Shown: in pieces, positions 9,277-18,887 of the stretch
How the letters are laid out: each line of letters starts with the position of its first letter
How positions within the stretch are numbered: position 1 is the stretch's first letter
Source: Patescibacteria group bacterium
GTDB lineage: Bacteria > Patescibacteriota > Dojkabacteria > SC72
DNA: 46,694 nucleotides
Direction of reading: 5' to 3'
Assembly: GCA_018818345.1 (NCBI GenBank)
Contig: JAHISI010000016.1
Location: 1 to 46,694 of the forward strand
Notes under the pieces: generated by a model
Databases searched by the model: none
The model's input: only the letters and a program-made list of their open reading frames with translations
What the model was told of the DNA's origin: nothing
Made by a program: the position numbers and the translations under genes

Positions 9277-10815
9277 TTAGTGGATTTCTAACTCTGTAAT
9301 GGATAGTTTATTGGCCTCATCCTTTGTGAAGGTGAGTAGGGTGTTATTGGAGTTTCTAATCAAGAATGTTAATAGGTTATCAGGTTGCGCAATGTTTACT
9401 TTGTTATCTCCATCTACATCAGTTATATATATTGCTCCTTCTTGTAAGTATGTAATATCTAATGAGTCTGTAAGCCAGTGTAGGTCAGAGGTTTTAGATA
9501 TATCTGCAATATTCTTTATCTCCTTAGAACCAATGTTGACTGTGTGATCTCCTTCGGTTTTGTCGAATGTAAATACGGAGATTTGGTTTTCATCTCTGAA
9601 GATCAATCTTTCATGGTCTTCATTGAATTCTATGAATGTTGCGGGATATGCGGAAAGCATCATGAATTTTTGTGTCTGTATATTGAACCAGTATGTAGCC
9701 AATGAGGTTTGTATATATACTCCTTGTGCTTTTTGGTTGACCTTTATACCGGTAATCTCACCTGCAGAGTATGTGCTTTCTGGAGAAGATGAGAATTCTG
9801 AGTAGGTAAAGCCATTTTCTCTATATTGCAATATATATTCATCGGCTTTGCGGAAGTAGAAATTACTAATGAGGTATGTAGCATTGTTTCCGAGCAAGTC
9901 CATCTGTTTTAGATTGTATGTATATACATTATCTGTTTGATCCTTTGAGGGCTCTACAATGTAGAAGAATCCTTGTTCATCAGTTGTCCAGATATATTTT
10001 TGTGAGACTAATTTCTCGACGAATGTATTTGTTTGGTTCAATTTTAAATCATATGAATAGATTCCACTGGTGGAATCTAGTACTAAATAGTTATTATCAT
10101 TTGCCCATGAGATTTTGTATTTTTTGGTTGAGTCAATATCTAGAGCTTTTAACGTAGAAAATTGTGAAAGGACTTGTGTATTAAGTAGATAGTACTGGCT
10201 TGTAGTTTCAGAGGTGACTTTTAACAAGGCTTGCAAACCACTAGGGGATAGTGTTATCTCTATATTATTACTCTCCAATTTCAATATCTCTGAAGGGTTT
10301 GGGGAGAAATCCCACAATGCAGGATTTAGAGTATATTCCCAAAGTGAGTATCCTTGTGTTTCTTTAGTTAGAAATACAATGTGATCTTCTTCTTTGTTAA
10401 CCCAGTACTTTTCAATAGTGCCAGTTGAGGTCCAGAGAGTGATATGTTTAGGGTCTTGTTTGATTAACCATGGGAATATGGGGGTAGATTTGCCTTCTAC
10501 AATCTCGACATCTTTTTCCCAATTATAATAACCTTCTTTTTCAACAGTTATATGATATGTTCCAATTTCTAAACTTGTACTTTTAGGAGTTCTACCCACG
10601 AGTTTTTGATCTACATGTATATCTGCTCCAAAAGGTGAGCTTTCAACGGTTACAACTCCGGTTTGAGTTATTTCTTGTTTGAAGAGGTCTAGTCTATATC
10701 CATTGGCATAGAAATATATGGAAGAAGCGACTAAGAACAGGATTAGGGTATATAATATGGGGTAGAGTATAGAGCCAATATGTGATTTAACTTTGGTCTT
10801 GGGAGACGTTTTCAT
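9277..10815 (-). CDS. Membrane-anchored PEGA-domain protein with beta-rich (propeller-like) ectodomain
   Basis: 512-aa ORF with an N-terminal TM helix (ILYPILYTLILFLVASSIYFYA). This is followed by a PEGA-like segment (VESSPFGADIHVDQKLVGRTPKS..GTYHITVEKEGY). The remainder is an aromatic-rich beta-type sequence with no recognised catalytic motif. Confidence 0.6.
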   Translation of the reverse strand: MKTSPKTKVKSHIGSILYPILYTLILFLVASSIYFYANGYRLDLFKQEITQTGVVTVESSPFGADIHVDQKLVGRTPKSTSLEIGTYHITVEKEGYYNWEKDVEIVEGKSTPIFPWLIKQDPKHITLWTSTGTIEKYWVNKEEDHIVFLTKETQGYSLWEYTLNPALWDFSPNPSEILKLESNNIEITLSPSGLQALLKVTSETTSQYYLLNTQVLSQFSTLKALDIDSTKKYKISWANDNNYLVLDSTSGIYSYDLKLNQTNTFVEKLVSQKYIWTTDEQGFFYIVEPSKDQTDNVYTYNLKQMDLLGNNATYLISNFYFRKADEYILQYRENGFTYSEFSSSPESTYSAGEITGIKVNQKAQGVYIQTSLATYWFNIQTQKFMMLSAYPATFIEFNEDHERLIFRDENQISVFTFDKTEGDHTVNIGSKEIKNIADISKTSDLHWLTDSLDITYLQEGAIYITDVDGDNKVNIAQPDNLLTFLIRNSNNTLLTFTKDEANKLSITELEIH

Positions 10816-10862
10816 GCCAAGAGTATAGCATAATGGGTGTAAAGTTTGTTAGAATGTAAACT

Positions 10863-11864
10863 ATGGAAGTAAAGAAAAGAATTTTAACGGGGGACAGACC
10901 TACAGGACAGTTGCACATAGGCCACTATTTTGGGTCTTTACAAAGCAGAGCGAAATTACAAGATGAATATGAGGAGTATATTGAGATAGCAAATATCCAA
11001 GCTTTGACAGATAATTTTGATAACCCGGGTAAGGTTAGAGAAAATATCGAAGAGCTTCTTTGTGATTACTATGCAGCGGGGATTGATTTTGAAAAGGCAA
11101 CAATTTTCATTCAGAGTGAAGTTCCTGCTATCCATGAGATTTTTATATATCTTGCTAACTTCGCTACAGTTCAACAGATACAGCATAATCCTACAATTAA
11201 AACGGAGATGGCTCAAAAAGGAATGGAAGTTTCTACTCCTTTGGGTTTTTTCATCTATCCTATACACCAGGCTGCAGATATATTGTGTGTTAATGCAGAC
11301 TTAGTGCCCGTAGGGAAGGATCAAGCTCCAATGATTGAGGATACGAGGGTTCTTGCTAGAAAATTTAACAATACGTACAAGACAAATCTTTTACATCAAC
11401 CACAAGCACTTTTTGGTGTTGAGGCAAATGTTCCAGGTATTGATGGAAATGCAAAGATGGGAAAGAGTTTAAATAATGGAATATATCTTGCAGATAGCGA
11501 AGAGGAATTAAGAAGGAAAGTATTTAAGGTATACACAGATCCTGCAAGAATCCATGCTACAGATCCAGGTAAGATCGAGGGGAATGTTGCGTTTACATAT
11601 ATGGATCTATTTGCAACTGATCTTGATGAGGTAGAGGCTATGAAAGAAAAGTATAGAAAAGGAGAAATCAAGGATGTAGAGGTTAAAGAAAGACTATTTG
11701 AGATTATGAATGCATATCTCACACCAATAAGAGAGAGAAGAAGAGAAGCAGAAGGTATGAAAGATGAGTTAATGCAGAAAGCGTTAAAAGGTAGTGAGAA
11801 GGTTTCTGGCATAGCAAGAGATATTGCTGATCAGATGAAAGAAGCGATGAAATTGAAGTTTTAA
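10863..11864 (+). CDS. trpS: Tryptophanyl-tRNA synthetase
   Basis: 333-aa class I aaRS with a HIGH motif (GQLHIGHY) and a KMSKS motif (KMGKS). The size and overall pattern are those of TrpRS. Confidence 0.95.
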   Translation: MEVKKRILTGDRPTGQLHIGHYFGSLQSRAKLQDEYEEYIEIANIQALTDNFDNPGKVRENIEELLCDYYAAGIDFEKATIFIQSEVPAIHEIFIYLANFATVQQIQHNPTIKTEMAQKGMEVSTPLGFFIYPIHQAADILCVNADLVPVGKDQAPMIEDTRVLARKFNNTYKTNLLHQPQALFGVEANVPGIDGNAKMGKSLNNGIYLADSEEELRRKVFKVYTDPARIHATDPGKIEGNVAFTYMDLFATDLDEVEAMKEKYRKGEIKDVEVKERLFEIMNAYLTPIRERRREAEGMKDELMQKALKGSEKVSGIARDIADQMKEAMKLKF

Positions 11865-11903
11865 GTGATAATAGATAACTTGTAGTAGTTGGAGCTAATT
11901 CAT

Positions 11904-12923
11904 ATGTTTGTAAAGAAATTAGGTATAGACCTAGGAACAGCTAACTCAGTTGTATTTGTACAAGGGGAGGGTATTGTCTTAACTGAACCAACAGTAGTAG
12001 CTATAGATGTTAACAACTTCACTGTCATAGCAGTTGGACTAGAAGCAAAGGAAATGATTGGTAAAACTCCAGACAATATTGTTGCCAAAAGACCTCTACG
12101 AAATGGAGTTATAGCAGATTCCCGAGTCACGGAAGCTTTACTAAGATATTTCTTTGATAAAGCATTGGGTAAGAGTAGATTTTTCAAACCAGATGTAGTC
12201 ATTAGTGTCCCTGCAGGTATTACTTCGGTAGAAGAAAGAGCAGTACTGAAAGCTGCTAATGCTGTTGGTGCTAGGAATGTCACATTGCTTCCAGAACCAT
12301 TGTTAGCTGCATTAGGGGCTGAAATGCCAATACAGACATCTTCTGGGAACATGATTATAAATATGGGTGGTGGTACTACCGAAGTCGCCGTTATATCCCT
12401 CGATGGAGTAGTGGAATATGAATCACTAAGAGTTGCAGGTGACGCTATAAATGAAGCCATAATCTCATATATGCGTAAAAAGAAAGGTCTTTTAATTGGA
12501 GAACAAACGGCAGAGAAGATAAAGATTAAGATAGGTTCGGCTCTAGAAGTTAAAGATCCAAGAGAAATGGAAGTAAGAGGAAGGGACGTTGGTGCTGGTA
12601 TGCCTAAATCTGTCGTAGTTAATTCAAATGATATCGCCAAGGCTGTTGAATGGCCATTAAGAAGTATCATTAAGAGCGTACAAGCAGTATTAGAAAAGAC
12701 GCCTCCTGAGCTCTCCGCGGACATCATAGACCGTGGTATGGTTATGAGTGGTGGAACAGCAATGCTCAGAAATCTAGACAAGCTATTCTCTCGTGCTACT
12801 GGAGTGCCAGCTCATGTTGCCGATGATCCATTGTTTTGTGTAGTAAAGGGTACTGGTATTGCCTTAGATCTCATAGAAGAAGGCTCTAGGAAGTTCTCCT
12901 TTAATCGAGATTTTAGAAGATAG
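11904..12923 (+). CDS. mreB: Actin-like rod-shape protein MreB, paralogue 1 (not linked to mreCD)
   Basis: GIDLGTANS phosphate-1 motif, NMGGGTTEVAV, MSGGTAMLRNLD. The ATG at 11904 is preceded by GGAG; the track ORF starts at a TTG at 11889. Confidence 0.9.
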   Translation: MFVKKLGIDLGTANSVVFVQGEGIVLTEPTVVAIDVNNFTVIAVGLEAKEMIGKTPDNIVAKRPLRNGVIADSRVTEALLRYFFDKALGKSRFFKPDVVISVPAGITSVEERAVLKAANAVGARNVTLLPEPLLAALGAEMPIQTSSGNMIINMGGGTTEVAVISLDGVVEYESLRVAGDAINEAIISYMRKKKGLLIGEQTAEKIKIKIGSALEVKDPREMEVRGRDVGAGMPKSVVVNSNDIAKAVEWPLRSIIKSVQAVLEKTPPELSADIIDRGMVMSGGTAMLRNLDKLFSRATGVPAHVADDPLFCVVKGTGIALDLIEEGSRKFSFNRDFRR

Positions 12924-12956
12924 TTTTAATCTTCTTTAACATATATAATATATCCC

Positions 12957-14117
12957 ATGGAAATATTTAATAGAAAAAAGAAGACGTTAAAGCTTGATGA
13001 AGTCACAAAATTGCTTAGTGAATTAAGAATTCCTACAGCATTGGTTTTTACCCCAATAAACTTAGAGACGGAGAAGAAGAAATTTTTTAATAGCGATACA
13101 TACAATCCAGTTTTTGAGTATAGGATTGTTAAGAATAATAACAAAGAGATATTAAAAAAGCTTTCCAATGTAAAAGAGATCGTTGATGTTGATCCTCGTA
13201 TTTCTGATTTCTACCTTCAGTTGATTGATTCTAAGAAAGAGGCTAGTGACCTTATGCATTCCGTTGGAAATAATGAAGAGATTACGGATATTTCTGTACA
13301 TAGGTATGGTAAACCAAGTGACAAGCTTTTTAGAAATGCAGCTAGAGTACTTAGAGGTAAATTAGACAGTTACAATGTAATAGATGAGGATACAATAAAG
13401 AAGGGTGACATTCTCTACTACGATGATATTGTTAAGGTTTTCAATGTTGTATTCCAGGAGTTGGGTTTAGATGGCTGGACAGTGAATAAGTCTATCAATA
13501 TTGCTAAGAATGGTGTGAAGATTGGTGTAAAAAGAAAAGAGATTCTAGTTGATGAGAATATTGAGAGAACCAAATTCAAATTAAGGAAGACGTTGATACA
13601 TGAAGTTGGAACTCATGCTTTGAGAGCGCACAATGGTTTGATGTGTGGGTTTGATGCTTTTAGTAATGCGAATCTTCCTGAGTATTTAGATGTAGAAGAG
13701 GGTTTAGCTACATGGAATGAGAATAGTATGGGTTTGCTTACTGAGAAGTGGTTGAAGAACAAAGCTGCATTGGCATGGGCTATATATTTGGGCGAGGATC
13801 TTTCATTTAGAGAGCTTTACAATGTTCTTTTAGCGGTGTTACCTAAGTACTCTGCTTTTGACGTTACATATCGTGTAAAGAGAGGTTTGGGTGATACTCA
13901 TGATAGGGGGATATATTCTAAGGATGTTGCATATTTTAGAGGTTTTAGAAAAGTTAAGAAGAAATTGGAAGAGAATCCTAGGTTGTATAACCAATTGTAT
14001 GCTGGAAAGATTACATTTAAACAGTGTGAATGGGTTGAGGATGGGTTATTACCTATGCCTACTAATGTTCCTAACAAGGATAAATGGTTAGAGATATTTG
14101 AGAAAGCGGGGATATAG
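12957..14117 (+). CDS. DUF1704 / MATCAP-like metallocarboxypeptidase (QEGLA-motif family)
   Basis: 386-aa ORF with HEVGTH (13599-13616) followed about 27 aa later by EEGLA (13695-13709). This is the metal-binding/QEGLA arrangement I associate with the DUF1704 family, which includes the eukaryotic tubulin detyrosinase MATCAP. It starts 33 nt after mreB paralogue 1. Confidence 0.7.
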   Translation: MEIFNRKKKTLKLDEVTKLLSELRIPTALVFTPINLETEKKKFFNSDTYNPVFEYRIVKNNNKEILKKLSNVKEIVDVDPRISDFYLQLIDSKKEASDLMHSVGNNEEITDISVHRYGKPSDKLFRNAARVLRGKLDSYNVIDEDTIKKGDILYYDDIVKVFNVVFQELGLDGWTVNKSINIAKNGVKIGVKRKEILVDENIERTKFKLRKTLIHEVGTHALRAHNGLMCGFDAFSNANLPEYLDVEEGLATWNENSMGLLTEKWLKNKAALAWAIYLGEDLSFRELYNVLLAVLPKYSAFDVTYRVKRGLGDTHDRGIYSKDVAYFRGFRKVKKKLEENPRLYNQLYAGKITFKQCEWVEDGLLPMPTNVPNKDKWLEIFEKAGI

Positions 14118-14168
14118 TCAGATCGAGTTTTTGTGCTATCATATATACATAATATTGTCCAAATAAAT

Positions 14169-15668
14169 ATGGATACAAATCCTTCATTAGAGAAAGAAAA
14201 TGCACAGTCTAAAGTCCCAATAAATCCTTATTTTCAACCCTCACAAAAAGATTTGGTAGCCACACCAGAAGTAACGGAAGAAGTAACCCCCGAAATAGTA
14301 GATTTACCCTCCGTCGAAACCGTAAGAATGCCAACATTGGATGATAAGTCTGAAGAACCATCGGCTTTAATTAATAGTTTGCCCAATATTGCTTTGGATC
14401 AAAAAAATAATGCATCATCTAATGTTAAAGATCCCAAAGATCTAGATTTAAAAATGTTGGGTTCAGATGAGCATGGATTGTACATTAAGATCCCAACGGA
14501 GATAAATGCAGAAGTAAGAGATGCTCAAAATGAATTCATTCCTGTTTTTATGGATGTACATAAAAAGTATGCCAATTATCCAGAATGGGAATATATGAAT
14601 GCACAAAATCCATTTGTTTTTGCTCCTGCAACCATTCGAATTATGTCTAATCAGTTAATACCCCAATTACTTAAGGAAACAACAACACTTTTTTCTAATG
14701 GAGTAGAGGAAAATACTGAGAGATCTATGCATTGGAAGGAATCAAATATTGAAGGGATATTAAATAAGCTACTTGCCTATGAATCATATCGATTAGAAAG
14801 AATCATGGCTCCAAGAGCAAGAGATCATATGAAAGAGGCCTTTCCTGGAGAAGAGGTAATCAAGGTTAAAGAGCTATGTACTGGAGCAGGTATGACTACT
14901 GCATTAATGTATGAAGCTTTAAAGGAAACAGGTAAGAAGGTAGAATTTCATTCTGCAGATAATTCACTTCAATCTGTTATTTGTGCCGCTACGTTATTAA
15001 CCTTACGAGGTATTCCAACAAGGATTGTGTTGGAAAGTGGTCAAAAAGAAAAGAACTTTGAGGGTGTAACAATATATTTTGAAACAGCTCAAGAATCTAT
15101 ACAAAAGAATCAAGATAATTACCACTTTGTATTTTCAGATAATGGAATAAATTATTTTGATGAGAAGCCTCACTTTGAGGTTGTAGATGAGATGGTAAAA
15201 AGAGTTAAACCAGGAGGACTTTTTCAAGATTGTACCTTGGATCCTGGAATGCAGGTTGATCTTTCAACAGTAAGCATGCTAGGGACAATCCTCTTCACAA
15301 AGAAGGAAAACTTTAAGAAAAAAGTTAGGTTAGGAGATGCGGAATATAGTATTAAGGAAAAAGATGGGATTTCTTTTATTGAGCAACTCTTTTCTCCTTC
15401 ATCTACTATGCAATACGAACTTTTGGCTGATGTTGGTAAAAAATTAGGAGTGAAAGCTTTCGCAGAATACTTGGGCGGAGCAAAGAAAGCGGGTGCAATA
15501 ACTAAAAAGTTAGCACCAAAAATCGCTCAAGATTTAAGAAAAACAGGAATGAAGATTTTAGAACTTACAGGCCTTAAGGGTTCATATTATCCAACATACG
15601 AAGATCGAAAAACTAGTTTAACAAGATTTTTTGAATTAAAACTGCCAAAGAACAATGATATGGGATAA
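14169..15668 (+). CDS. Hypothetical protein with acidic disordered N-terminus and class I SAM-methyltransferase-like C-terminal half
   Basis: Motif I-like VKELCTGAGM, an acidic loop (FHSADNS) and a post-III-like VKPGGLF. The ATG at 14169 is preferred over the GTG at 14133. The fold assignment is tentative. Confidence 0.5.
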   Translation: MDTNPSLEKENAQSKVPINPYFQPSQKDLVATPEVTEEVTPEIVDLPSVETVRMPTLDDKSEEPSALINSLPNIALDQKNNASSNVKDPKDLDLKMLGSDEHGLYIKIPTEINAEVRDAQNEFIPVFMDVHKKYANYPEWEYMNAQNPFVFAPATIRIMSNQLIPQLLKETTTLFSNGVEENTERSMHWKESNIEGILNKLLAYESYRLERIMAPRARDHMKEAFPGEEVIKVKELCTGAGMTTALMYEALKETGKKVEFHSADNSLQSVICAATLLTLRGIPTRIVLESGQKEKNFEGVTIYFETAQESIQKNQDNYHFVFSDNGINYFDEKPHFEVVDEMVKRVKPGGLFQDCTLDPGMQVDLSTVSMLGTILFTKKENFKKKVRLGDAEYSIKEKDGISFIEQLFSPSSTMQYELLADVGKKLGVKAFAEYLGGAKKAGAITKKLAPKIAQDLRKTGMKILELTGLKGSYYPTYEDRKTSLTRFFELKLPKNNDMG

Positions 15669-17946
15669 TACGTTATATTTGTTTGTTGTAATACTGGGAT
15701 TCACCTCCTTAATAGGGCCTTTAGTTACCTTCATAAAGGAGCCAAAAAATAAAGCATATTTCTTCTTAGGAGTCTTAGGAATAATCGCGGGTCCAGTCTG
15801 GGCTTTTTCTACAGTATCTTTTTTACTAACTGATACATTAAGTACAGCCAAACTTTGGGCAGACATTATATATCTTGCATCAATATCAATCGGACTTTTC
15901 CATTATATTTTCTCCACATACTATCTTCGTAGAAAGAAGATCAATTTGCTGTTTGCATTATTTGTAGTAGGTGGTTTTATATTTCTGCTTTATCAGATAT
16001 TTTTTACTAATAACTTTATTGAAAGAATTGTATTAGAGGGAAATAACTATATTGTGGTAGGGAAGGCATATATGGTCTGGATGGCTTGGTTAACAATCGT
16101 TTTCGCAGTTAATGTATATAAAACTTTAAGAGGATACAAAGAATTGTCATTTATTGAAAAAGAGCAGCAGAAATATTTAATTATTGGGAATGTATTAACT
16201 GTTGTTGGTTCTTTTCCGGCTAATATTATAGCTCCATATTTTGGTATTTATGAGTATATTTGGTTTGGTCCTGTTGTTTTTTCAATTGCAAACCTCATAA
16301 TATCGTATGGTCTAACGCAGACTAGATTCCAGCGATTGGGGGCAGTGATACGTGGGATTCTAAGAAGTCTTTCACTATATGTTATTCCCGCAGTGATATT
16401 TGTTGCTTCTCTGGAATTTCTTTTTCCACTGATTAAGCAGCTTTCAATTTCCAAGTTGTTATTTTATATCATTGCATTTTTGTTTGCCCTGGCTTTTAAA
16501 TTAATTATAGATTCGGTTGCAAATATTTTTCTCTCGGAAAAACAGATTTTAAGGAATAAAGGGGAGGGGTTTATCAAATTGTTGAACTTTGAACAAGAGC
16601 TTTCTGATATATGTAGTAAGACATTGAACTATATATGTCAAAATACCTCTGCAGATAAAGCTCAGATTTATCTTTATGATTCTGTAAATACAAAATCATA
16701 TTACTTTACTAATGGGGATTGGAAGATTGAAAATCTAGATAAGATTTTCACAGAGATACCTGTATATTGGAATAAAAAGACAACTGCGGAGGGAAAGTTT
16801 GAGGCTTTATCAAGATCTGAACTTGAATATTTGAGTAATAAGGATGCCATAGAGTATCGAGAATATTCTAATTTATTGTACTTATTAGAGTTAGCGAAGA
16901 TCCAGATAGTTTACCCAATAGTTTCAGGGAATGAATTGATAGGGGTGCTTTTCATACAGGATTTAGCTAATAACCAGATGTATAAAATAGATGAGCTTAA
17001 TCTTTGGGATCGTATATATAGTCAATTTCATATTTCTGTTAACAAAGCGTTACTATATCAGCAGCTTCAATCGTTGAACTCAACGCTCCAACAAAAAGTA
17101 GATATTCAAACTAAGGAGCTGCAAATAAAGATTTCTGAGCTACAAGAGGCTCGTAAAAAAGAAAACGATATGATCGATATCATGGGTCATGAACTTAGAA
17201 CACCTGCTACCATAGTTAAACTCAATGCTCAATTACTAGAGAAGTTTACAGGGGATATAGATAGCGATCCTGAAGCATACAAGAGATATGTAGATAGGAT
17301 AAAGATGGCAGTGGAGAATGAGATAAAACTTATTAATACATTGCTAAGTAGTGCTAAATTAGAAGGAAATAAGATAGTCATAGATCCTGAAGAGGTTGAT
17401 CTTAAGGAAGAAGTAGATATGGCTATACATGGCAATGAGAAGGATGCGAATGAAAAGAATCTTCCAATAATTAATAATATTAAATCAGATACTCCTCATG
17501 TATATGCAGACAAGGCTAGGGTGGTGGAGATATTAAATAACCTCATAAGTAATGCTGTTAAATATACGGAGAGTGGTAGCGTAACCATTGAGGATAGATA
17601 TGATGATAATTGGGTGGAGGTATCAATCATAGATACAGGGCATGGTATTAGTGCGGAGGATCTTAAAAAGCTTGGCCAGAAGTTCTACAGAGCTGGGAAT
17701 TACATAGATTCTAATGTTAAGGTTGGTGACAAGATGGAGATAGTAAGGCCTGGAGGTACGGGTTTAGGGCTCTATGTGACCTTCAACCTCATACGTAAGA
17801 TGGGTGGTGATGTTCGTGTAGAGAGTGAGGTAGGTAAGGGTAGTAAATTTATATTTATATTACCTAGATACAAAGCACAAGCCATTCATGATCATGATGG
17901 TGAGAGTAATAATATGTTTGAGAAGCTAGGACTTAAAACGCAGTAA
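15655..17946 (+). CDS. Multi-TM sensor histidine kinase (orphan)
   Basis: 763-aa ORF with about 7-8 N-terminal TM helices and a central GAF-like region. H-box MGHELRTP, N-box NLISNAVKYT, G1 DTGHGI, G2 GGTGLGL. The start overlaps the upstream stop by 14 nt. No response regulator lies in the window. Confidence 0.85.
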   Translation: MIWDNTLYLFVVILGFTSLIGPLVTFIKEPKNKAYFFLGVLGIIAGPVWAFSTVSFLLTDTLSTAKLWADIIYLASISIGLFHYIFSTYYLRRKKINLLFALFVVGGFIFLLYQIFFTNNFIERIVLEGNNYIVVGKAYMVWMAWLTIVFAVNVYKTLRGYKELSFIEKEQQKYLIIGNVLTVVGSFPANIIAPYFGIYEYIWFGPVVFSIANLIISYGLTQTRFQRLGAVIRGILRSLSLYVIPAVIFVASLEFLFPLIKQLSISKLLFYIIAFLFALAFKLIIDSVANIFLSEKQILRNKGEGFIKLLNFEQELSDICSKTLNYICQNTSADKAQIYLYDSVNTKSYYFTNGDWKIENLDKIFTEIPVYWNKKTTAEGKFEALSRSELEYLSNKDAIEYREYSNLLYLLELAKIQIVYPIVSGNELIGVLFIQDLANNQMYKIDELNLWDRIYSQFHISVNKALLYQQLQSLNSTLQQKVDIQTKELQIKISELQEARKKENDMIDIMGHELRTPATIVKLNAQLLEKFTGDIDSDPEAYKRYVDRIKMAVENEIKLINTLLSSAKLEGNKIVIDPEEVDLKEEVDMAIHGNEKDANEKNLPIINNIKSDTPHVYADKARVVEILNNLISNAVKYTESGSVTIEDRYDDNWVEVSIIDTGHGISAEDLKKLGQKFYRAGNYIDSNVKVGDKMEIVRPGGTGLGLYVTFNLIRKMGGDVRVESEVGKGSKFIFILPRYKAQAIHDHDGESNNMFEKLGLKTQ

Positions 17947-18886
17947 TAATAGCTTCTGCTATATTTACAGGTTCTCCCTCAATCTTAGTCTCATATGCCT
18001 TATATCCAGGATGTAAACTAATCTCTTGTATACATGGCTTCCCATTCATATACATAAAGTCTACAGCCATGAAATCAGCTTCTAGTACAGCTGTCATCCT
18101 CTCAGCAATCTCAGTAATCTCCTCATTAGGTTGGTTACACATCTCATATGTACTAGTTCTTTTATTAACAGTCATAAATCCTTCTCCTGCAATTCTCTTC
18201 CATCCACCAATAACCTTACCTAGTTTAACAAATATTCTGTAATCTTCACCTGCATCAGAAAATTCTTGTATAAAGAAATGAGAAAGATCCTGTCCATCAA
18301 GATTCTCTTGTTTGTAATCCTCATCTTTCTCTAATTTAAACACGTTCTTTTTTATCTTTTCCTTCCCATCAATCATCTCAGTTCTATTAGCACCAGTATA
18401 TTCTTTAATAATTAGGGGATAGTCCTTTAACATATCTCTATCCTTTAAATACTCACCATTAGTTTGGAAATATGTATTAAAGTAGGGGAGGTTATTTTTT
18501 GAACACAGCATTGCGAAGGCTATCTTATTGTAATATGGAAGATTCTTGATTGCTTTGGAATTTTGAATGATCACTTTTTTTTCTGGGTTGTCTCTATTAT
18601 ATTGATCAACGTAATCTATCATGAATCTCTTATATTGATACTCACGTTCATCGTCTAATGAATGACCCCGTAAAATCACGTTGCTGTACTCCGTTATGTC
18701 GTGCCCAGCTACCTTGATAACCGTGGAACCATTATGAAACAAGAATTCTATCTCATCGTTATATGCAAAATCGCAAGGTATATCCTTCTTTTTTAATTCT
18801 TCTACTAATCTTGCAGATCCAGTAGGTATTTCGCCCATGGTAGCTACTTGCACACGTTGTCTTTTATCTATAATGAGGTATTTCAT
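17933..18886 (-). CDS. RimK-like ATP-grasp amidoligase
   Basis: 317-aa ORF with ATP-grasp C-terminal signatures (EDYRIFVKLGKVIGGWKRI, MAVDFMYMNGKPCIQEISLHPG). Last gene of the minus-strand operon; its stop overlaps the kinase gene's 3' end (17933-17946). Confidence 0.7.
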   Translation of the reverse strand: MKYLIIDKRQRVQVATMGEIPTGSARLVEELKKKDIPCDFAYNDEIEFLFHNGSTVIKVAGHDITEYSNVILRGHSLDDEREYQYKRFMIDYVDQYNRDNPEKKVIIQNSKAIKNLPYYNKIAFAMLCSKNNLPYFNTYFQTNGEYLKDRDMLKDYPLIIKEYTGANRTEMIDGKEKIKKNVFKLEKDEDYKQENLDGQDLSHFFIQEFSDAGEDYRIFVKLGKVIGGWKRIAGEGFMTVNKRTSTYEMCNQPNEEITEIAERMTAVLEADFMAVDFMYMNGKPCIQEISLHPGYKAYETKIEGEPVNIAEAIITAF

Positions 18887-18887
18887 A

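Noticed and set aside
11900-12781. 293-aa minus-strand ORF antisense to mreB paralogue 1. There are many similar antisense ORFs, such as 24026-24500, 26579-27085, 41930-42610 and 45342-45773.
   Set aside because: Each lies entirely inside a gene with unmistakable homology on the other strand. They have low-complexity Ser/Thr/Ala/Pro-rich translations and no start context. These are typical shadow ORFs.
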